NCBI GenBank assembly: GCA_003221005.1
Contig: QHTZ01000072.1
Span: 1 to 47,512 of the forward strand
Source: Gemmatimonadota bacterium
Lineage (GTDB): Bacteria; Gemmatimonadota; Gemmatimonadetes; Gemmatimonadales; GWC2-71-9
Direction: 5' to 3'
Length of the DNA stretch: 47,512 nt
Below are positions 35,380 through 45,017 of the stretch, piece by piece. Every line of letters begins with the position of its first letter. Position 1 is the first letter of the stretch. A model generated the notes under the pieces. That model had not been told where the DNA came from. It searched no databases and saw nothing but the letters and a program-made list of their open reading frames with translations. A program made the position numbers and the translations under genes.

Positions 35380-36126
35380 ATGCGGATGCCACCACCGCCG
35401 CCCCGCGGCCCAACCCCCCCGACCCCGCCTCGAGGACCGACGCCACCTCGGGGACCGACTCCGCCGCCGCGGGGCCCCACGCCGCCACGCGGGCCCGCGC
35501 CGGCGAGGCCGGTCGTCAAGGTCAGTGTGCAGAGAGCGAAGCCGCGCGGCCCCGCGTGGCTCGCGCGCGCGCAGCGCGTGATCCTGCACCCGCGCCAGGA
35601 GTGGGCGGCGATCGCCGGCGAGTTCACCAGCGCCGGACCGATCTACCGGGGCTTCTTGCTGCCGGTTGCGGCGATCGGCCCCCTCGCGGCGACGGTGGGA
35701 ACCATCATCTCGGGCGGCGAGCGCAGCAGTCTCGTGGGGACGTTTAGGATCTCGATGACGGACGCGATCACGCGCGGCGTGCTCGAGTACGCCTTGAACC
35801 TGATCGCGGTGTACGCGTTCGCCCTGGTGATCGACCTGCTGGCGGGGATTCTCGGCGGCCAGCGCAACCAGGTGCAGGCGCTCAAGGTGGCGGCCTACGG
35901 AAGCTCGCCGTACTGGCTCGGCGGCGCGCTCGCCGTCCTGCCCAAGCTCGCCCCGATCGGCTTGCTCCTCGGACTGTACAGCGTGCGGGTGTACGCGGCC
36001 GGTCTGTCGCCAGTGATGAAGACACCACCTGACAAGACGCTGCCCTATACGCTGCTCACCAGCGCGGCGGGCGCGATGGTCGTCCTGGTGGTGGCGACCG
36101 TGCTGCAGCTGTTCGTCAGCCCGTAG
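35380..36126 (+). CDS. Yip1-domain membrane protein with N-terminal (PPRGPT)n repeat
   Basis: ILHPRQEW..I..E; LAGILGG..N.VQALKVAAY..SP.WL; GL..VMKTP.DK...Y. Confidence 0.85.
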   Translation: MRMPPPPPRGPTPPTPPRGPTPPRGPTPPPRGPTPPRGPAPARPVVKVSVQRAKPRGPAWLARAQRVILHPRQEWAAIAGEFTSAGPIYRGFLLPVAAIGPLAATVGTIISGGERSSLVGTFRISMTDAITRGVLEYALNLIAVYAFALVIDLLAGILGGQRNQVQALKVAAYGSSPYWLGGALAVLPKLAPIGLLLGLYSVRVYAAGLSPVMKTPPDKTLPYTLLTSAAGAMVVLVVATVLQLFVSP

Positions 36127-37311
36127 TCAGCCGACCACCCCTCCCAACACTTCCTCCAGCACAGCGAGCGTGCGGTCGACCGTGCTCTCGTCGTGTGCGA
36201 GGGAGACGAAGTTGTACGCGGTGCGCTTGAAGAGCAGCCCGCGCGCGGCGCAGCCGCGCGCCACGGAGCGGGAGACTTCTTCGCTCGCGTAGTTGAGGAA
36301 GCACATCTCCGCCACGCCCGCGACGCCCGTGACGGCGTGGGGGTAACGGTGCTGCAGGCGGTGCAGTCCGTGCAGCAGCTGGGTCCCGACCTGGTGGAGG
36401 TGCGCGCACACTCCTTCCGCGACCGTCACCTGCAGCGTGGCTCGGGCGGCGGCGAGGGCTACGCTCTCGGTGGCGAGCGTTGAGGAGATCCACGTGTGCG
36501 CCACGCCGCTCATGAGGTCGGCCCGCCCGCCGACCGCGGCGAGCGGGAAGCCGTTCGCCATGGCCTTGCCCAGTACGACCAGATCGGGACGGACCCCGTA
36601 CCGTTCCGCGGCGCCGCCGAGAGCGAGACGAAACGCGGTCTTGATCTCGTCGAACACCAACACCGCCCCGACCCGCGCAGTCTCCCCCCGGAGCGCGTCG
36701 AGCCACTCCCGCCTCGGCTCCTCCACGACGACCGGCTCGACCACGACGACCGCGAGCCGGTCGCCCACGGCGCGGATCTCCGCGCGGGTGCGCTCCACGT
36801 CGTTGAACGGCAGCTCCGCGTACAGCTCGCGCGTGGCGGCGGGCACACCCTGGACGGCACCCCCCTGGCACCAGTCGAGCCACCCGTGATACCCGCACCC
36901 GAGTACCCGGTCGCGCCCAGTGGCGACGCGCCCCAGGCGGACGGCGGCGGCCACCGCCTCCGCCCCGGTTTTCAGGAATCGTACCCGCTCGATCCAGGGA
37001 ATCGCGCCGCACAGCGCCACGGCGAGCTCCTCCTCGAGGACCGGGGCGAGCGGCCCGACCACGCCGCTCGCGATCGCCTCCTGCGCCGCGCCATTCACCG
37101 CGGGGTGTCCGTACCCCAGCGCGACCGCGCCGAGCGCCATGATGTAATCCACGTACTCCCGGCCCGCTTCGTCCCACACGCGGCACCCGGCGGCGCGCGC
37201 CATCCGCTCCGGGGGGGGTGGGGAAGGACCGTCGCCCGCCGCGCCGAACAGCGCGTCTGGCCGCTTGCTAGCGGTCGACGTGAATCCCGGAACGCGCCAA
37301 TCGCTCGCCAT
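36127..37311 (-). CDS. Class III aminotransferase, glutamate-1-semialdehyde aminomutase-like
   Basis: GCRVWD..GREYVDY.M.LG...LGY, VRFLKTGAEA, GYHGW, LVFDEIKTAFR, PDL..LGKAMANGFP. Confidence 0.85.
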   Translation of the reverse strand: MASDWRVPGFTSTASKRPDALFGAAGDGPSPPPPERMARAAGCRVWDEAGREYVDYIMALGAVALGYGHPAVNGAAQEAIASGVVGPLAPVLEEELAVALCGAIPWIERVRFLKTGAEAVAAAVRLGRVATGRDRVLGCGYHGWLDWCQGGAVQGVPAATRELYAELPFNDVERTRAEIRAVGDRLAVVVVEPVVVEEPRREWLDALRGETARVGAVLVFDEIKTAFRLALGGAAERYGVRPDLVVLGKAMANGFPLAAVGGRADLMSGVAHTWISSTLATESVALAAARATLQVTVAEGVCAHLHQVGTQLLHGLHRLQHRYPHAVTGVAGVAEMCFLNYASEEVSRSVARGCAARGLLFKRTAYNFVSLAHDESTVDRTLAVLEEVLGGVVG

Positions 37312-38014
37312 ATTTCACCACCTCGATCGCCATCGCCCGCAGCAATTTCACCTCCCGCTCGTCGAGCGGCACGCGGTGCACCACTTCGCGCACCGTGCGG
37401 AGGACGTGCTCGGCGTCTCGCGTCTTGAAGAACTCGATGACCGTGAGTGCGCGCTCGATGTCGGCAAAAAGGCGCTCGAGGTCCGCCGCAGGCGCGGGCC
37501 CGGCGCGCCGCCGCGGCGGTTTGAACCCCGGCGCGCTTTCCGATCGGGCGAGCGCCAGCTCGTACAGCATCACCACCACAGCATGCGCCAAGTTCAGCGA
37601 CGCATACGCCGCGTCGGACGGAATCGTGACGACGCGGTGGCAGCGGTCGAGCGCCTCGTTCGTGAGACCCTTGTCCTCCCGGCCGAAGAGCAGGGCCACC
37701 GGCCCGCTCTCAGCCAGCGTCGTGATCTCCCTCGCAGCCTCCCGGGGACGCTGCAGGTTGCGTTTGGCAGTGCGCCCCCGGGCCGTGAAGCCGACGACAT
37801 GAACGCAGTCCGCGAGCGCGCCCGCGAGATCGTTGAAGAGCTGCACCCGCGCAAGGACATCCTGGGTCTGGTGCGCGATGCCCTCGATCCGGTGCGCGTC
37901 GTACTCCCGCGGCGACACGAGGCGCAAATCCGGGAGACCGAAATTCTTCATGGCCCGCACCACGTGCGCGACGTTGACGAGCTCCTGGGGCTCGTGCAGC
38001 ACGACGGCGATCAT
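37268..38014 (-). CDS. trmJ: TrmJ/LasT family SPOUT RNA methyltransferase
   Basis: VVL.EP....N.....RAMKNFG, GFTAR, ALLFGREDKGLTNE, SLNLAHAV...YE. Confidence 0.85.
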   Translation of the reverse strand: MIAVVLHEPQELVNVAHVVRAMKNFGLPDLRLVSPREYDAHRIEGIAHQTQDVLARVQLFNDLAGALADCVHVVGFTARGRTAKRNLQRPREAAREITTLAESGPVALLFGREDKGLTNEALDRCHRVVTIPSDAAYASLNLAHAVVVMLYELALARSESAPGFKPPRRRAGPAPAADLERLFADIERALTVIEFFKTRDAEHVLRTVREVVHRVPLDEREVKLLRAMAIEVVKYGERLARSGIHVDR

Positions 38015-40763
38015 CCGAGCAGGTCCAGCACGCCGAACCGCTCCGGGTCCTGCCGGTCTCCCCGCAGCCACACCCATCCGTTCCCCCCGCTCCACACGAG
38101 CTGCCCTGCCCGCCGCACACGGCCCGGGAGCATCTCGTTGACCAGCAGGTCGAATCCCAGCCTGCCGCCGACGTGGGCGCGCGCTCCCGCGGTCAGCGTG
38201 ATCTCGACCGTCACGCGGTAGCCCTGAGCGGTGCGCTCCCACGCGCCCCGCACGGCCGCGGCGTGGGGCGCGGTGCCGTCTACCGCCCGCACGCGCACGG
38301 GTCCTCGCGTTTCACCCTCCGGCACGATCAGGAAACCCAGGACCTCGCCTGTCTCCCCTTCCTGGACGTAGACCTGCACGCCGTCCGAGTGCACGTCGTC
38401 GGGCTCGTTGTCGAACCGCAACGGCGGCGCATCGGCCGCGCGGAAGCACAGATCCGGCTTCGTCACCTCAACGGCCACGTAGAGCGCATCGTCGCTCCAG
38501 TTCACGTAGGCGGTCGCGGAGCACTCCTCCGGACCTGGGTACGGCTCCTCGCTGCGTCGGTACTGGTCCTCGACATCGAGGGTAAGCGGCTCGCCGGTAT
38601 CGAAGCCCGCGAGCGTCCCGTCGAGGGCCGGCGCCCCGTCAATGCGTAGGGCGCTCGCGCGGGCCTTGGTCGGCGCGTCGATCTGGACCAACGGTTGGAA
38701 CGGAGACTCGGGCTGGCGCCGCCCGCCGAGCCGGATGCTGCCCGACGGCCCGTCGACGCTCCAGCCCGCTCCGAGGACCGCGTGCCGGTCGGTCCCGCGG
38801 GGCGTGTCCACCTCGATGACGTCGCCCTTCACGCGCACTGCCCGCACCTGGGGGGCCTCGGTCACGCTCTCGAGCACGGCGACGAGGCGCGCGCCGCGTC
38901 CGCGCACCCGAACGACGTAGAACATCTCACGCTTGGCACTGCCTGGTCTTCCCGGACCCTCACCCCGAAGCAGCTCGCCGCCGAAAGCGAGATGGACACG
39001 CAACCGCCGCTCGCCGAGCGTGCCCTCCAGGACCACGGGCCCAACGTCCTCAGGGACGAACCGCTCCACACCCGTCACGAATTCGTCGGGCAGCTCTCCG
39101 CTTTCCCACTCCCCTGACGCTTCCACTACGACCTCCCCGGTGAAATGCCACGGCAACTCGAGTAAGTGCTCCTCCCGGCTCGCAAGATCGACGACATCGA
39201 CGAGATATCCGGGACCTGCCACGACGGCGCGCGTGACCTCGCCGTAGCGCCCTCGCGCCCACGCCCAGCCGTCGCGCGTGTCGAACGCCTCGCACACCGC
39301 GTCACCCGCGGGCTGGGAGCGCCCGTCCAGGCGCGGCGCGTTGTGGGCAAGGGTGCCCCGATACCAGAACAGCTCTCGCGACACGTATGACCCTGTCCCC
39401 ACGTCGGGAAGCCAGTAAACGCCGTCGGCGTGCACGGTGAGGCTCAGGCGGTCGCGGTGACCGTGCCCGCCCCCCGACGGGCCGCACTCGAGGCTCGCGT
39501 AGCGACGCGGCGCGCGCAGCAGCGCCAAGCCCTGCGCCGGGAGCAGCTCGCTCGCGGGCGTCCAGGCGGGGACATCCGCCGGGAGCTCGGGGAGGATCTC
39601 GAGAAGCGACCACCAGGAGAGCGTGACGCGGGACGGGGGACGGGGGACGGGTGGGATCGGCGCGTCATGGAGGTACGATTCCATGAGGTCCGCGGGCGCG
39701 GCAGGTGCGTCATAGAGCGCCTTCAGCCAGCCGAGCAGCTCGCTCGTCCCTCGTCCCCCGTCCCGCGTCCCCAGCCTCGCGATCCCGATCTCCCACAGCT
39801 CGAGATACGCCGGTTGCGCGAGCGAGACGCCGAAGCGCGAGTCCTTGCGCGCCGGATACGTGAAATCGGGAAGCGCGCTCACGGCGGGAGCGCGCAGCGC
39901 GGCCGCGAGGCGCGCCGCAACTCCCGGCTCGGCAAAGAGGTCGACGCCGGCGTGGCGGGCCCAACCCGTCCCGGCGAGAACGCCGCGCAGCGCGAACAGG
40001 TGATAGTTCTCGCCCTCGTACCACATGCCGTCCCGCCCGAAGCCCCGCAGCAGGTGGGCCAGGAGCCCGGTTTGGCCTTCGATGGCGCGCCGTGCCAGCT
40101 CCTCATCCTCGAACCACACCGCGATGGCGAGCAGCGCCGCGTTGTTCCAGCTCTGGCGGTTCGAAAACCACTCATCGAACTCGCCGATGAGATTGGCCGC
40201 CTCCTCGACGACTTGCGCGACCCCCGCGGCGGTAGCCTGGTCGAGCTGTCCCGCTTCGCGCAGCAGGAACGCCGCGGCGACGTAGTTGCAGATCCACAGA
40301 GACTCGAGGTAGGTCGAGAAGAAGAGCCGGCTCGGCCCGAGCACGTTGTCGCGGTTCGGGTAGCGCAATAGCTGCGCGCGTAAGCGCGCAGCACCTCTAC
40401 GGCACGCCCTGCAGCGGCCGCGTTCTCCCCGAGCGCCGCGAGCGTCGCGAGGTGCGCCGCGCGCTCGGCGAGCCAGAGATGCTGATAGTGCGCCCAGTGG
40501 CGATCGTGCCGCTCGCCCGAATAGCTCCTGCCGCACTCGGGGCAGCGATGGACGCGGGGACTCCACGGATCGAAGACGAGCCGTGAGTGGTCTTCGGGAC
40601 ACACGCCGCCGTCCATCGACAGCAAGGCCTTCTCCTCGGGAATGTGCGGCAGCCGCGCGAGCACCGGCTGGGCGCGCTCCGTCAGGCCGGCGAGCAGCCG
40701 TTGAAGATCGCCCGACGCTGCCAGGGCTTCCCGTCGGGCCGCAAGCTGCGCGGCTGTCACCAT
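38011..40763 (-). pseudogene. Heparinase II/III-like polysaccharide lyase with C-terminal CBM9/DOMON-like domain; single-base frameshift near 40367 (real or sequencing error)
   Basis: The N-terminal frame (from ATG 40763, ...LRAYARSY) must shift to the frame of ORF 38011..40602 (RYPNRDNVLGPSRLF...). Later motifs DGMWYEG..YH, GGHGH.D.L, PDVGTGSY, TLAHN. Confidence 0.75.
39625..39769. repeat. Inverted pair of GGGACGG heptamer arrays within the heparinase-like CDS
   Basis: 39625-39649 gacgcgggacgggggacgggggacg matches the reverse complement of 39745-39769 at 24/25 positions; 95 nt spacer. Confidence 0.8.
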
Positions 40764-41782
40764 GCCCTCACGCCCTCCCGCGCCCAGGCCACCGGGAGCA
40801 CCGTCGCCTGGGCGCTCCGGGCCGCTGCCGCGCCGGCGCTCGGATCGCGCACCAGGAAGAACATGCAGCCGCCGGCCCCCGATCCCGCGGCCTTCCCGCC
40901 CAGCGCGCCCGCGTCCGCCATCGCCCGTTCCAGCAGCGCCATCTCGGGAGCGCGCATCTCGGGATCGAGCGCCTGCTGGTGCCGCCAGTTTTCGGCGAGC
41001 AGGACGCCCACGCGAGCGAGGTCGGCGGCGCGCAGGGCGTCGGTCATGCGCTCAGCCGTCTCCTTGAGACCACGCAGCGCATCCACGACCCGCGTCTCCC
41101 CACGCTCGTAGGCCGCGAGCACGCGGGCGATGGTCGCGCCGGAGAGCCGGGACTTCCCCGTGTAGCACAGGATCGTCTGCCGCTCGAGCGCGGTCCGGAA
41201 CGCGGGGTCGAGCGTGATCGGCTCCACGCCGACATCGGGGTCGCGGAAGCTCAAGCGGTGGACCCCGCCCAGCGCCGCCGCGAACTGATCCTGCTTGCCC
41301 CCCGCGATCCGCGCCTCGACCGTCTCGAGGTACCAGGCATGCTCGGCGATCTCCCGCTCGCTGAAGCGTTCGCCGCGGGCCAGCGCCAGCGCCGCAACCA
41401 GCGCGACGTCGAGCGCGCCCGAGCTGCCCAGCCCCGAGCCCGCCGGCGCGTCCGAGCGCGTCGCTAACGTGCAGGCGCTCTGCACCGGAAACATGCGCAA
41501 CGCGGCCTTGTGGAGATCGAGCCGCCCGTCGATCACGAGTCCGCCCGCGTTGGCACACTCAAGCTCCTCGCCCAAATCGAGCGCCGCCAGCTTGATGCGC
41601 GGGCCGCCGAGCGTCAGCTCGACGTGCGCGGACAGCGCGATGGCGGCGTTCACGACCACGCCTCCCTCGCGCGCCGAGAATGGCGGTACATCGGTCCAGC
41701 CGCCGGCGAAATCCAACCGCACCGGCGCACGCGCATGGAACGCGCTCGGCAGGTCACGGCGCCTCACGGGGTCACGCGCCAC
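40757..41782 (-). CDS. GHMP sugar kinase (HddA/fucokinase-like)
   Basis: APVRLDFAGGWTD, PAGSGLGSSG, GGKQDQ, GGK..GSGAGGC. Confidence 0.9.
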   Translation of the reverse strand: MARDPVRRRDLPSAFHARAPVRLDFAGGWTDVPPFSAREGGVVVNAAIALSAHVELTLGGPRIKLAALDLGEELECANAGGLVIDGRLDLHKAALRMFPVQSACTLATRSDAPAGSGLGSSGALDVALVAALALARGERFSEREIAEHAWYLETVEARIAGGKQDQFAAALGGVHRLSFRDPDVGVEPITLDPAFRTALERQTILCYTGKSRLSGATIARVLAAYERGETRVVDALRGLKETAERMTDALRAADLARVGVLLAENWRHQQALDPEMRAPEMALLERAMADAGALGGKAAGSGAGGCMFFLVRDPSAGAAAARSAQATVLPVAWAREGVRAW

Positions 41783-43140
41783 TGCGTCACCGTCGGGAGC
41801 TCGCCTCGCACGTCCATCCGCACGCCGCGGACGCGCCGGTTGATGCCCTGCACGCCGCGGGCATAATAAAGGAATGCGACCGGCATGGAGTCGCGGAACA
41901 TCCGTTGGGCTGCCGCGGGGTCGGCAGGCGCACTCGCCCCGGCCACGCGGGCGAGCGTCCTCAGATAGCCAAGACCTGGATCGCCCTGGAGCCCGAGCAC
42001 GGCCGCTTGGAGGTCGTGGGCGGAGCCGTACACACGGTCCAGGTACGCCGAAAGCTCGACCTGGCGGATCGTCACGTCGAAGCCGGCCCGGGCGAGTTGC
42101 GCCTGGAGCAGCTGCTCGAGCGCCGCTTCGCCGGACCCGACTGTGAGCAGCTCGAAGGCAACCCGCTCACCCCCGAGCAGCCGCCGCGCGGAGTCGGGGT
42201 CCGTGGGGATCGGTCGCGACGCAACGAATCCGGGGACTGATGATGGAACCGGGCCGTCGGCCGCGGTCCCGAAGCCGTAAAGATAGCCGCTCACGATCTC
42301 GGCCCGGTCGATCGCCAGGGCGGCGGCGAGGCGCACGCGCCGCTCCCTGAACGGTGCACGCCGCTCGTTGAAGACGATGCCGTAGGGGAAGAGCATCGGA
42401 TAGTCGAGCACGGTGAGCGCCGCGTCTCGCCGGACGAACGCCACGTGCGCGGGTTGGATCCCGGCTACGTCGAGCTCCCCGCCGACCAGAGCCGCGAGCT
42501 TGGTCGTGGGCTCGTCGACGACGACCACGGTGAACCGATCCACCAGCGGCGGGCCGCCCAGCTCGGCGGGGAATTCCGGGTTGGCCGCGAACACCCACCG
42601 CCGATTCGGCTCGTGCAGCACGAAGCGGAACGGCCCGTTCCCCACCGGGTGCTCGTTCCACGCCGCCTGCCGCAGCCGCTCGTGCGGCACGGTGTCCAGC
42701 AGGTGGGCGGGAAGAACCGTCGAGTCGTCCGGGTCGCTCGCGAACGCGATCGGCGCCAAGTCTTCGAGGCGCGGATATCCGGTCGCGGGGTCTCGGGCCG
42801 TATTCAGGGTCCACGCGACGTCGCGCGCGCTGGTGGACCGCCCGTCGCCCCACCGCAATCCCCGGAACAACCGAAACCTCAGCGTGCGGCCGTCGGGAGC
42901 CCAGCGCCACGCGCGCGCCAAGTAGGGTTGCGGGGTGAGCGCGGTGTCGTAGCGAGCGAGCGTCGTGAGCAGCACGTACTTCTGAACCTGCTTCGCCAGG
43001 GGATGCACCGTGACCAGCGGGTTCATGCTCTGGAGGTCGGCGCCCGAGGCGAACACGACGGAGCGACCGTGGCGAGCGGGCTCTCCCCCCACCACGCACG
43101 CCCCGACCGTCGCCAGGCCCCACAGCGTGCGTCGCCACAC
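41764..43140 (-). CDS. Family 5 (peptide/nickel/oligosaccharide) ABC substrate-binding lipoprotein
   Basis: Lipobox VGAC; PYLA..W, WGDG...SARDV..T, PVGNGPF, LAIDR..I. Confidence 0.85.
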   Translation of the reverse strand: MWRRTLWGLATVGACVVGGEPARHGRSVVFASGADLQSMNPLVTVHPLAKQVQKYVLLTTLARYDTALTPQPYLARAWRWAPDGRTLRFRLFRGLRWGDGRSTSARDVAWTLNTARDPATGYPRLEDLAPIAFASDPDDSTVLPAHLLDTVPHERLRQAAWNEHPVGNGPFRFVLHEPNRRWVFAANPEFPAELGGPPLVDRFTVVVVDEPTTKLAALVGGELDVAGIQPAHVAFVRRDAALTVLDYPMLFPYGIVFNERRAPFRERRVRLAAALAIDRAEIVSGYLYGFGTAADGPVPSSVPGFVASRPIPTDPDSARRLLGGERVAFELLTVGSGEAALEQLLQAQLARAGFDVTIRQVELSAYLDRVYGSAHDLQAAVLGLQGDPGLGYLRTLARVAGASAPADPAAAQRMFRDSMPVAFLYYARGVQGINRRVRGVRMDVRGELPTVTQWRVTP

Positions 43141-43146
43141 GCGTGG

Positions 43147-43152
43147 ATTCTA
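43147..43152 (-). promoter_or_regulatory. Putative -10 element for a leaderless transcript of the SBP operon
   Basis: TAGAAT 6 nt before GTG 43140, within a 45 nt divergent intergenic gap. Confidence 0.45.
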
Positions 43153-43185
43153 GCGGCGTCTCCAAACCCGCGCGAGATTGCCGCC

Positions 43186-44163
43186 ATGTTCGCGGCACTC
43201 GGGCGCCGCGCGGTCACGGGCATCGCCGTGCTCGTGGGCGTCGTCACCCTCACGTTCGTGCTGCTGCGCCTCTCGCCCGGCGACCCAGCAGCGCGCCTGC
43301 TCGGGCCCAGCGCTACGGCTGCTCAGCTCACGGCCCAGCGCCATGCGCTCGGGCTCGACCAACCGCTCGCGGCCCAGTACGCGGCGTGGCTCGGCCGGTT
43401 CGTCCGCGGCGATTGGGGGACGAGTGTGGCCACCGGCCGACCGGTGCGTGCCTTGCTCGGCGACGCCTGGCCCGCGACCGTCTGCCTAGTAGGGCTATCG
43501 CTGCTCGTGAGCTATCTCCTGGGCCTGGCCGTCGGAGCGCTTCAGGCCGCGCGCCGCGGCTCCCGGCTCGACACCGCGCTCTCGGTGGCGAGCGTGACGC
43601 TGTTCGCGATCCCGGGATACTGGCTGGGGCTCATGCTGGTGATGGTGTTCACCTATTGGGCTCGCGCCCTGCCCGCGTTCGGCGCCGCAGGGCTGGACGC
43701 CGAGCTCCTCGTGGGAAGCGCGCGCCTGGCCGACCGGCTGCGGCACCTCGCCCTCCCGCTCGCCACCCTGACCTTGATCGGCATCGGCGGGGTCGCCCGC
43801 TACGTGCGTGGCGCGCTGCTCGACGTCGTCGCGCAGCCGTTCGTCACCACAGCTCGGGCGAAGGGCCTGCCCCCGGCAGTGGTCCTGCTGCGCCACGCGC
43901 TCCGCAACGCACTCATCCCCGTGCTGACACTCCTCGGCCTCTCCCTCCCCGCCCTCTTCTCGGGCGCGGTGTTCGTGGAGGCGGTGTTCGCTTGGCCCGG
44001 CGTAGGCCGCGTGCTGGTCGAGGGGGTGCAGGCCCGCGACTATCCGCTCGTCATGGCGGCGACGACGGTGAGCGCCGCCCTCGTCGTGGTGGGAAACCTG
44101 CTCGCTGATGCCGCGGCGACGTGGGCGGACCCGCGGACGCGGCGGGGGAGACGCGCGGCATGA
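43186..44163 (+). CDS. ABC transporter permease (DppB/OppB type)
   Basis: PGDP, GLDQPL..QY..WL....GDWG.S, TARAKGL....LRHALRNALIP, VEAVFAWPG.G, RDYP. Confidence 0.93.
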   Translation: MFAALGRRAVTGIAVLVGVVTLTFVLLRLSPGDPAARLLGPSATAAQLTAQRHALGLDQPLAAQYAAWLGRFVRGDWGTSVATGRPVRALLGDAWPATVCLVGLSLLVSYLLGLAVGALQAARRGSRLDTALSVASVTLFAIPGYWLGLMLVMVFTYWARALPAFGAAGLDAELLVGSARLADRLRHLALPLATLTLIGIGGVARYVRGALLDVVAQPFVTTARAKGLPPAVVLLRHALRNALIPVLTLLGLSLPALFSGAVFVEAVFAWPGVGRVLVEGVQARDYPLVMAATTVSAALVVVGNLLADAAATWADPRTRRGRRAA

Positions 44164-45017
44164 GGCGCCTGCTGAGCGACCGGCGTGGCAGCTTCGGCGC
44201 TGTCGTGCTCTGCCTGACGCTGTTCGTCGCGGCTGCCGCACCGGTCGTCACCACCGGCACTCCGGCGGCGCAGCCGGACGTTGTGGGCGCCCGGTTCCTG
44301 CCGCCGCTCGCGACCGATCGCCACGGCGGGTTTCATCCCCTGGGCACGGACCGCTTCGGCCGCGACGTCTGGACCCGCCTCGCCTACGGGGGGCGGGTGT
44401 CCCTGTCGGTGAGCCTGCTCGCGGTGCTGCTGTCGGTGGTCGTGGGAGTCGCGGTTGGCGCGGCAGCGGGGTACGCGACCGGCGGGCTGACGCTGTTGCT
44501 GCTCGGCATCACGGACTTCGCGCTGGCGCTGCCGCGCGTGGTGCTGCTCCTGCTGCTCGCGTCTCTGTGGCCGCCGAGCGCCGCGTTGGTGGTGCTGGTC
44601 TTGGGCGCCACAGGATGGATGACCATCGCACGGCTGGTGCACGGCGAAGTGCGCACGCTCGCAGCCCGGCCGTTCGTCGAAAGCGCGACCGCGCTCGGCG
44701 CGGGCCGGGCGCGGGTGCTGTGGCGGCACATCCTTCCTAACGCGCTGACGCCCGTGATCGTAGCGACCGCGCTCGCCGTGGGGAACGCAATCATGCTCGA
44801 GGCGGGCCTGTCGTTCCTCGGGCTGGGCGTGCAGCCACCGACGCCGTCATGGGGCAACATGATCGCATCCGGCCGCGACACCCTCGTCAACGCCCCCTGG
44901 GTCGCCGCAGCGCCGGGGCTTGCGCTCGCGCTCGTGGTGGTCGCCTGTACGCTGCTCGGCGACGCGATACGCGACGTCTACCACGGAGAAACGGGAGACG
45001 GGAAACGGGAAACGTAA
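44160..45017 (+). CDS. ABC transporter permease (DppC/OppC type)
   Basis: HPLGTDRFGRDV..RL.YG.RVSL, FVESA.ALGA...RHILPN, EAGLSFLGLGVQPPTPSWG. Confidence 0.93.
   Translation: MRRLLSDRRGSFGAVVLCLTLFVAAAAPVVTTGTPAAQPDVVGARFLPPLATDRHGGFHPLGTDRFGRDVWTRLAYGGRVSLSVSLLAVLLSVVVGVAVGAAAGYATGGLTLLLLGITDFALALPRVVLLLLLASLWPPSAALVVLVLGATGWMTIARLVHGEVRTLAARPFVESATALGAGRARVLWRHILPNALTPVIVATALAVGNAIMLEAGLSFLGLGVQPPTPSWGNMIASGRDTLVNAPWVAAAPGLALALVVVACTLLGDAIRDVYHGETGDGKRET

Noticed and set aside
36127-37311. hemL assignment
   Set aside because: It lacks the PGGVNSPVR N-terminus and has no heme-synthesis context; kept as a GSA-like aminotransferase.
40757-41782. Heptose/capsule biosynthesis (hddA) cluster
   Set aside because: No gmhA/gmhB/hddC or glycosyltransferase genes nearby; kinase substrate left open.
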